Shown one piece after another: positions 30,634 to 40,500 of a stretch of DNA of 64,000 nucleotides (position 1 is its first letter; every line of letters begins with the position of its first letter). A program made the position numbers and the translations under genes. Below the pieces are notes generated by a model. The model did no database searches and was not told the DNA's origin. It saw nothing but the letters and a program-made list of their open reading frames with translations. The DNA comes from Balanoglossus misakiensis (lineage: Eukaryota; Animalia; Hemichordata): contig CM082583.2 of assembly GCA_040954595.2 (NCBI GenBank), positions 5,578,849 to 5,642,848 of the forward strand, written 5' to 3'.

Positions 30634-30834
30634 ATGAAGTGTTCAATTGTTGTCGTAATTTTGTTGTGCTGTTTGCTTCCGGCGAATTCGGTGCCAGCCT
30701 TTTTAGAGGTGCCACGACGGATCCATGAAGTGAATAAAGTTCGGCCAGATTCAAAGATTGCCGCTGAAGGGATCATCGGAATGAGTGACAAAGAGAAGCA
30801 AAATGGTTATCCTTCGTGTCCTCCTGACTGTTGA
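30634..30834 (+). CDS. Secreted peptide precursor D (66 aa; C-terminus QNGYPSCPPDC, 1x CPPxC)
   Basis: MKCSIVVVILLCCLLPANS-VPAFLEVPRRIHEVNKVRPDSKIAAEGIIGMSDKEK-QNGYPSCPPDC*. 3' flank partly homologous to A/B; AATAAA at 31171. Confidence 0.8.
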   Translation: MKCSIVVVILLCCLLPANSVPAFLEVPRRIHEVNKVRPDSKIAAEGIIGMSDKEKQNGYPSCPPDC

Positions 30835-31674
30835 CGTCTATAATACGGAAAACTTTCTATACACTTCCAGAATATGTGTACGTGTCCTCTTTAAAAACGC
30901 CTGTTACAACAGCTATAACCGTAACTGTGTAGGAATCTTTGGGACGATGAAGAAAACAGGTGTCTTCACTAACAGAACCTAATGACTTCACACAAGTGGC
31001 CGCTGCCTGAATTATTATCCAAGAACTACAAGTATAAGAAGTCTTTCCTATCACCATCAAACAGCTCAGCAATGATATGGTGCATTTGAAAAATTTCAAA
31101 TTGGATGAAGTATTTCAAAAAGCTACCATATTTCGAGATTTAATAACTAACACGGTATTTTACGAGACAGAATAAAGACTCTATGTTAAATAATAACAGA
31201 GTTGTCGTCAGTTTATGTGGTATATGACAATGAAGAGACAGTCAGAATTCCTAGATCGGCCTGTTTGAAGTAAAAAATGTGACCGTGGCCCACTTTGATA
31301 GGTGTCCTAGACGCACCTTCTCCGTACTGTATCCAGGTCACCTGTATGTAGGTCTGCTTGACGTCTGTGACGAGCCTATAGGTTGACCTACCTCCGCCCG
31401 GGGGAGTGTGACCCAACCAAGTCATTGGGATCCGGTGATGTTTGTTCCATCTCGACGCCATGGGTGTGGCTGGTTTCAACTATAGAGGTGCTAAACAAAT
31501 CACAGACAGTCTGTGAACAAATATCAAAGGAAGGAGGACAGGGCCCTGTGTAAAGGCTGAAGGACGATTTTAGACACATTCAAGTGACTGACACACATCG
31601 CAACGTTATTAAAACAGACACGCAAATCTGCCGTAACTGTTTTTCAACACTACGCAACCACTGTTCGATCAATC

Positions 31675-31823
31675 ATGAAGTGTTCATTTGTTGTCGTAAA
31701 TTAATTCTGCTGTGCTGTTTGCTTGCGGCGAATTCGGTGCCAGCCCTTTTAGAGGTGCCACGACGGATCCACGATGAAGTGAATGTTGATTCACAACGGC
31801 GAAGCTATAAAAATAATTTGTAG
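31675..31823 (+). pseudogene. Peptide precursor E, frameshifted and truncated paralog
   Basis: ATG AAG TGT TCA TTT GTT GTC GTA, then a 5-nt insertion (aatta) giving an in-frame TAA. The shifted frame continues ILLCCLLAANSVPALLEVPRRIHDEVN, then homology ends with no CPPxC core. Confidence 0.8.
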
Positions 31824-33393
31824 AATCACTTGTTTTTTTTTTATTTAAAAGCATGAAACCTGATATGAACATAGCGGCATGTCCAAGTACTCGCCTAGTA
31901 CAATAATGATAAAGTGTTAACATTCCCGTTTAAATAATTACACTCTGTTTACAAAATCACCATAACTTGCATGTTCTGATGAATCGCAAAGCAGAAGCAC
32001 AAGATGACACTTTCATCTTGTTTTTTTACATAAATATCATGCTGTTAGCAGGGTACCCCAGTGATATGTATCGCTGTAAGTACGTCGAACATGCACAGAA
32101 ATATACACACAGCAAAACTACAGAAAAAGTATGCATTACGAGTATACCACAGCCTGTAAGGTTCGGCAACCGTCAAGTATCAAGTCTAAAATGTATAGCC
32201 CACAGTATTAGCCATTGATCACTAATGATAGTTTGGAAGACAAGAATGATGATTTTACAACTCTGCGTATTTTGATATGTTGATATCAAGCAAACAGGTC
32301 ATAAGATACAGTTTTTAACTTTTACATGAGAAAATGTTATGTGTGACCCTGTCTGTTGTCGGCCTGTTTTTCAATTAAAAAAACAACAACACTGTAAAAA
32401 TGACAAAGGCACATAGTTTTACACAAAGTGACAAAACATGATTTGATCTGAAATAGTACTGTAATGTCTGGGTGGTTACGCTTGACATAGTGAGGGGCAT
32501 GACAGGTGATTGGCTGACGACCAGTTGAGTCAAATCGGGATTGGTCAATTCATACAGCCTTGCCAATCAAAACATCCCTTCCTTTCTCGCCAGAAATTGA
32601 GATTCTTGTGTATTTCCCCCTACACAAACACATTGAAGATTGGTTTAACCAAAAAAATATTCAATCGACTCAACAAATATTAACAATACTGCTTTCTGTT
32701 CTACTTTCTGTACAAATTTAAGGACTCGTAGTTCTCCAAACAAAAGACAGACAAATGAGTGCAAAGCTTGACAAAGACCAGTAAAAACATGCAATCATAA
32801 ATTATGAAAAAAACACACACGATGTTCTGAATGCCATGATACAATTAGCAAAGGAAGGTCAGTCCTTATGGATAGAGTTGGAATTGCAAAGTGGGGTACA
32901 ATGTATCTAGTTAAGTCTCAAATGTTTTTTTTTCTTCAAGTTCCACAGAAAAACCCTGTCAGCTTAGTTTCGGATAAAATCCAGAGGTGTCAACAGATAT
33001 CAAGATAAAACATGTTTCAATGATGTATTATTGGCAATTTAAGGATTAATTATCAAATTAGGGATTAAAAATTCATTAATTGCAGCTATCATCTCCTTTA
33101 TCTGATCCACTTTTATGACCATTTCCATCAAAATTCAAATCAAAATCATGAATTACACAAAAATGCAGCTATCAATTCACCATCCATTATGAGACTGTCT
33201 TCTCTGATGAAAGAAGACCTACAAATTCCATTGTTTTTGGCATTTGATATCAACTGTCAGCCAGTAACTCAGAGAATCTAAAAATGAGTTGTACAGCTTG
33301 CAAACTTCACATATTCTTTCCTATAAAAATGCAAGTCCTTTGTGTTTGCATAAAACAAAATCTACAAAAAATGAAATATACTATTTGCTTTTG

Positions 33394-36199
33394 CTATATA
33401 GATCCATATCCTTTGGCTTCAGCGTCTGTATTCTTGCATGTAACCACAGCCCACACATATTTCATGCCATCCTGAAATACAAGTGCGATTACACAAATGA
33501 TTAATTTCACCGTTTTTTAAAAGTGGTGATCAATTGAAACTTAAGTTCCTGTGAAATAAAACCTAATAGATTTGATAGATCTACTTAATACTGCATTATA
33601 CCTGCCAATGTGCCCTCTAACAAATACAACTTTTAAACGCTTTGAGTCAATTTGAGGATTCCTAGAAATCTCTCAGAGTCAGCCCTATACAATGTACCTG
33701 TATGTAGTGTGGATAATTTTGAGTCACCAGTGAGTTTGTTGAGTCAGAGACACACTGTCAAATGCCTTATCAGCATGTGATAAACAAATGTCTAAAAGAG
33801 TGAACTTTGGCCCAAAATCTTCATTTAAAGCACATCATCCCCTTATAAGCAATAACTTTGAAAAAATTTGATTTGGGGCAATTCTCTGTCAATCCCTATT
33901 TAGCTTGAAACACATACCCTTATATAGCCAGGTAGACCACACCAGAACTCGTGATGTGGTAGGATTTCTTCACCCTGGTGACCTCGAACTCTGTTGATTA
34001 GACATCCTATGATGAAGTACAGTGCGATTGCAGGAATAAAACTGAAAAAAAGAAAACCAAACACATGATTATTCATTCAGTCGCAATAGAAATATGTAAT
34101 CATTAATGCCAGGTCATTGTACCTATGAACTACAAGCCGAGGTCACAGGTCATGAACTTACATTATTAGGAGTATGGATCCAGCGCTGAGACTACTGTCG
34201 GCTGGCTGCGACGGAGTAATGGTGTAGCATGCACCGGAATAGGGTACTGTGATGTTGTACTGCCAAAGAAGAGAAAGAGACACAATTTTAGCAACAAGAC
34301 AGGGCGCCCTCTATGGTGATGTGGACAACTGCCGTGTCAAGCTAGGAGGGGTCACAGGGTTTGTTGGTTGGAGGGTCTGTGTTCAGATGTACACGCAGTG
34401 CTGACTCACAGATGTCCCCATATAAAAACTATATTAACAGAACACTATAATTTATCAAACCCTCTTTGCCAATTGAATTCTAGTCAAGGTATATGCATAG
34501 GTGCAGTGGGAGTTTGGCCTACATGTTGGCTATAACCATTGGCATACTCTTGTTTTAAGACACGTGTGTATGATTGGACGGAAGACTCGATCGAAACCCT
34601 TAAACCAATCTCCATCATATCCATTGGCTTTCACACACAGATAGGAAGAATCAAACAGCTATGTCGTTCGTACCATACACTCTTTAGAAAGGAACTTGAC
34701 TACAGCTGGGTACGGTACTGGGGTCGCCTTCTCGGGGTTCGGTATCCAGGGCTTTTTGAAGTCGCACACAAAATTCACCAACGTGCTAACAGTTCCACAT
34801 GAGAACTCTTCACCATCGGGATAATCATAGATAAAACCAGCGCCATCAACATAAGCTAGAAATAAAAAGAACAAGATTTTATTCTTTAGTTATGTGTTCC
34901 GATGGGTGATCAGCCTGCATCTTAAATTATAGACTATAATCAAGATGAGACGTGACATATGCATGGGTCATCATTAAACCTGGAGCTAAATTATCAAAAC
35001 AGAAACAATTACTGAATAAGAGAAGACATACATACTTTTTTGTTTAAATTGGCTGGAGATGTTGCTGTATGCTCCTATATCATAAGTGGTTTTATTTACA
35101 GACTGCGGGGTAACGAGACAGGCCCCAGCGCCATCGCATGTGTCATCAAACGGTTGACCTTCAGATGTCAAACTCTGACAGAACGTCAAGTAGAGCTGAC
35201 AAGTTGCATTCACACCTGGGATACAATCTGAGGACATCTGGTCAATGATCCAGTAGGATGCTCTGTGGGAGGAGGGGAATTGCTTGTGAGTGGTTAAGGA
35301 AACCCTGTGTGTCGGGACATTGATTGTGGTTATATATCGGACATTTACCGATAGATGATTTCCCCCTTCCATGATCTTGCAAGATTTTTTACAAAATACA
35401 TAAGGCATTCAAGTCCAGACAATTACATGTTAGGACCTTCTCTCAACTATGACAGGATATCACTGGCATAGTTTCTAGGCATCTCCTTCAACATGACAGC
35501 CTACGGTTCTAGTTTGGTACAACCATGGCATGCAGCTACTACAGCTCAGCTAGTGCTTCGATCAATGTTAATATGAATCATTGAATGCATAACATGTATG
35601 TAGCTAGCCTATATACTCTCATGGGACCAATTCCATGCCCATTAATCATATTATTATTATTGGAAGGGGGTTAACATAACTTGTCTGGAAACCATTGGCA
35701 CATTGTCGACCAAAATCAAATGTATGGGTCGGTCTTGGCCTAGGCCTAGTGACCTTTGAACCCTATTAGTATTATCCCAGTGCGGCGATCATGTGGCAAA
35801 CGACGTGTGTTGAAAAGGTTGATGATAACAGAGAAGAGGCGAAATTAAAAAAAATACTGCATGATAACTAACTAAGTATGTACAGGTTTAAGTGAACTTG
35901 AGTCCCTCGCTTTGACTATAAGCGTGATAAGCAACTGGTGAGACAACGCACTTGATGAACGTGTTGACCTCACTTCCGGGTTCACTCAAGGACACCTGGA
36001 CCAGGGACATTTTGTGCCATCATTCGCGCATCGGCAGTACATTTGCTCGACGCATGCCAAAATCAAATTACCAGCTGAAAACTCACTGCGTCAGATTCGT
36101 TGTTTGGTATCCCGCCAGGCCGCAGAGTTTAGCAGGCGAAGAGGCTGCGACGGTTACAAGAGCAAGGTGAACGACGAACTTTAGCATGGGGAGCGCCAT
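33394..36199 (-). CDS. CD-MPR/ATG27-like type I membrane protein with a single MRH domain (~273 aa)
   Basis: Six minus-strand exons with matching phases: 36087-36199, 35036-35262, 34674-34855, 34162-34259, 33918-34041, 33394-33471. Signal peptide MALPMLKFVVHLALVTVAASS. MRH-type Cys pattern (YLTFC..., GACLV, SCG...TLVNFVC, ECMYNITVPYSGAC). TM LSAGSILLIIFIPAIALYFIIGCLIN, then RGHQGEEILPHHEFWCGLPGYIRDG as in the M6PR/ATG27 family. Ends in GYGSI*. Confidence 0.85.
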
Positions 36200-37308
36200 G
36201 ATGAAAGTGGTTGGTATGACAGGTCATGTTAGTTTGTTGTGCATAACTACTCCAGTGCGTATATCAAGTATATGTGAATTATATGCTGCATTCGCCCCAG
36301 GGATTATGCATACACTAATCATACACATGTTTTACAAAAGTACTTATAGATTATTTCTATATCTTATGGTACAAGTTAGAAATGTGTGGGATTATATTGT
36401 CCGGCTACAGATTTAAACAACTAAACATGCATGTGAATATCGAATGAGTCACCGTCATATGATGAAGTTACATCAGTTTCGTTTTCGTTATATTTAGGCC
36501 TAACGTTCAAATGTTTATATCAACGTCAGAGCGAGTGTCTGATTGAGTGTGAGATAATAGCTGGGGTTCTTTGACATGATTGTAAGTTTTGATCTAGAGT
36601 AAACTATAGGCCTAGGCCTAAGCTGGGCCAACCATGGAAGTTAAAAATTCATGAAACGTACGACAGATAAAGCACGGTTTCATCCAGGATTAATCAATAT
36701 TAGAGGCCTTCCCTGCGCCATAGGGGAAATTGGATTATTCAGTGGATAAGCTTAAGGAAGACTGCCGTCACATCTGTCTATATATTTTTGTATCTTTCTT
36801 TCACTGCAATGTCCAATATGGGGGGGGGGGGGAGGTGGTCTACATCGCGAAACAGGTGAGCATAGCTGACGGCGCACGAAGTTTATTTGCGCCTAATGTT
36901 TAACAGGGGTGGCGCGGCTCGGCGTTTTGCATTAGGCCTAATCTCACCATTTTGTAGCTTAAATTGAGACGAAACACTGAAAAATGTGTGAAGGCCTCAT
37001 CTGGCCAAGTTTGAAGCCGCCATAAAATCTGCCACGAAACAGCCGTGAAAAATCAGCCATGAAAACAACGAAGTGCGACACAGCCACAATCACGCAAGTC
37101 TGTCGTTCGATTGGAAAGTGCATTCAAAGCTCATGGGGAGTAGGTGAACTGCGCGACATTTAAACGAAACGCAGTTTAGTTTTATTCTCCCGGGCTTGCT
37201 GATAGGCCCACCGTTTGGATGAGACTATTCAATTAAATTCAACACCGACGACGTTATCTTGCCAAACGTAAATCGGACCGCGTTGAAAAGCAAATGACTG
37301 GGTTTGAA

Positions 37309-37508
37309 TACTGTAAAACACTTTTTTTTCGCGAGTCAAAATTTTCGCGATATCGAGAGAGGCCACTGTTACGCGAGTATTAATTTTTGCGTTTTCACAC
37401 ATTGTTCTTTCACAACTATATGTACCCGAGTCTTTATTTTCGCGTTGTTTTGGCTCTCGCGTATTTAGCGTAAATTTAATGCTCGCGAAAATAAAGTGTT
37501 TTACAGTA
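37309..37508. mobile_element. ~200-bp MITE (family 1), full length
   Basis: TA-ctgtaaaacactttttttt-cgcgag ... ctcgcgaaaataaagtgttttacag-TA terminal inverted repeats; homologous to 1373-1578. Confidence 0.85.
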
Positions 37509-40500
37509 TTTCAGCATGGTTTGGGGGAGAGAACAAGACACAGTAACTGATATGTACTGATAGAATGAAACATCAAAGGTACAGTTTGTGTCCCCTTACA
37601 TACATTTTGAAGTTTGTTTGACTCAGGAAAGGAAATATACATGACAGGACAGATGCCTGTATGTAATCTTCGAATGTAACACTTTTATCAGATGCTATGT
37701 AAATGTCGAAGGACTTCTGATCCGTACTTTTATTGTTGCTAGGGTTACTTGGCACGCTTGAGTTCATCCTTGCTTTAATTTTTTGATCAGCTCCCATGCA
37801 CGGATGGATATCATCACTCGATTCTAACGCAAACAATGTATTGCACAAAACATTTACGTCTTATTCTATGGGTTCTTGTGTTTGGCGATCGGTGCGACGT
37901 GGTAATTATCAATGTTGGCACTTGTTTTTTTCTTCTGTCGCATCCTGGAGTATAGTAGCCTCACACCTTAATTTCCTGCAGATGTATAGTAAATATAATC
38001 TTTCATAACGAAACTGTATCCAGGGTAAAAAAGTATGAGTTTGGGTTGCAATGCGTTCAACTTAACGCCATGTTGCCATAGCAATACGCTGCCCATGGTC
38101 ACATGTTTGACACTACGTGTGTAATTGGTATTTTGAAACATGGACTCATAATTTTTTTTATTTCAGTGAGCGCACGTCCATAAACCCTGTTACGCAGAAT
38201 TATCAGTCAAGTTCTTTGTCGAACGTAGTTTTCTGTTTATGCGTTGACTCTCTAAACAATCGGTTATGTCAAAACGATGTCGTTGATGTGTGGAATTCAA
38301 CACTAACAAACGAGACATTTTTAAACTATGCGATAACCAACACATTTCACGTGTACGATCCAAATGTTTGGGATGTTTGTCGTTTTGCGCAACGCTCGAC
38401 CTGGAAAACGTTTGACGTTACTGCCAACATTACACTACACAGAATTCAGAGCGACCCAGGGGGATGTTAGTATTGCATCTACTCAATTATGAAACCCGGC
38501 CAGTGCATCGTGGGAACACCACTCGACAAGGAACGTGTCAGATTTGTGGCAGGTCTGCGTGACTTTCCCGGTGTTTCAGTCTTTAGTCAGCCGGGGCTGC
38601 GTCTGCATGGCACTCTGGTACAATAATTGCCATGGAGATAAAAGAACTTAAGTACCACGGCATTAACTAAAATATCACGATGTAAACGTCACAGGTTTTT
38701 GAAATGGCGGCGAATAATTATAACTCACCGCACACCGCGTAAAATAAAGTTAAATCTGAGAGGTAAACGTCCTATACCTATCAATGGCAAAATGAACTTT
38801 TAGTCAGTATGTTTCTTGTCATATGTAAAATTGACAATGCAGCTTATGAGAAAAATTGCGCGATTTTCCTCTATAAAAACACGTCTCCATGGTAACGCAA
38901 GGACAGTTCTGCCGTACATCCCCTCATGAAAGTTGAAAGGAAAAAAACTATATTGAGTATCGTGCGGTGAAGCTTTAATGCTGAATTGACGTCTAAAACA
39001 GTTCGCCAATTCTCGTCTGCCAGTCTCATGAAAAAACCCCACTCTCGTTCAGCTTGTGTATACTTTCAGGCTGGCGACACCATTCTCAACAGGTCGGCGG
39101 CGACGCGTTGAAAGAGTGTCACTGAACAACGTCAAACGGCGGGATCTGTGTTAGCGCCGTGCATCCCCAACAATAGGTGTGTCGCACATACGGGGCCGGA
39201 ATTTTATGCCAACTCAGGTTAGTAAACTTTCGACGAGAGATAAATCAATCCGAGCGGCGAGGTGAGCGTACATGCAAGATGGCGATTATCAAACTGGCGC
39301 TATGTACATGCATAATGTAGTTTAGCATAATAATGGTACATGAACGACCATATTGCGGCGATTGTTGTCTACACCAGATGGAAATAGTTGAATCCAGGTG
39401 CACACTTTGACCTCAGGCAGTTGTATTTGAGATTTAGCCGCCTACACTGGGACACTGGGGGGGGGGGGGGGGGGGCAGGACAACCTGCACGAATTCAGTG
39501 TCTGCGTGGTACTTTTAGAGATGTTTCGTAGTATTACAGAATAGGCAGTTATCTCGTCGCCGGGTAAATTGAATTACTTGTAACAGTCAACTGCAAACTG
39601 ACCGAAATGGTCGCCGAAAGATAAAGTCTGATACTTAATCAGGAATCTTAATCATCGTTCCAGATTGGGAGACATTGTAAAAAGAGCGATGTTTCTGTAA
39701 AAAAAAGCTGAAGCGACTTCTTAATGCAACAGTCACGCTCATGAGGCTGCTGCGCCGATATTAATCTAAAAGGAAAACACTGATTGGTTACAATTAAATC
39801 AGATGTCGTCCGCCGAGAGAAATGAAGTCATCAGTTGTGAAACCATATCATTTAAATGTTTTACTTCCCCTTAGGAAATTAAGCCTGTCCTTTCACGAAT
39901 CACGTGATATTATACGACTATGCAGTTCGCTGTGCTGCTTCGTGACTTTTTCTGCGATAGCCGTCATTCGTTCTGTCGTCATAGACCGTGCCGCAGTCGA
40001 ATCGCAAGCAGTGATTTCCAGAAATCTGCGGTGTGGGTAGTCAACGGTGAACATGTCCTCACCTGACGGAGTTGAATGGCTTGGAAGGTTTGATATTTTT
40101 GCGTTATTTTGGTCTAAATCTCCAAAGTTTTTTATGGCCTAATATACATTATCGCGATATCGACAGTTTTAAGCCTAATGGCAAAAATATGATGTGATTT
40201 AAAAACCATCCCAATTTGTGAACCCTACACTAAAATAATGTGAGTTCCGTTGCGATTGTTTGTATTTCCATCACCATGCCAACGCGTTTCAAAGTTCTTT
40301 TTACCGGCGGTAATATGATTTTGCGAAGCGGATGCGTTTAGGCCTACATCACGTTGCGGCAGTGAGTCTGCGCGTACGTTAATCGACTCGCATCTGCTCG
40401 CGCGCATATGGTTGAAACAAACTTAGGTTTCTGCCGCTGTTGCATACATTCCGTTCTTCAAAACTGAAGACGTCGCGTGGCCACTACTAGTATTTCAATC

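Noticed and set aside
31388-31579. Minus-strand ORF containing CPP (GPCPPSFDIC) next to the peptide cluster
   Set aside because: Wrong strand, no signal peptide or propeptide homology, and not CPPxC; it overlaps the promoter of copy E. Coincidental.
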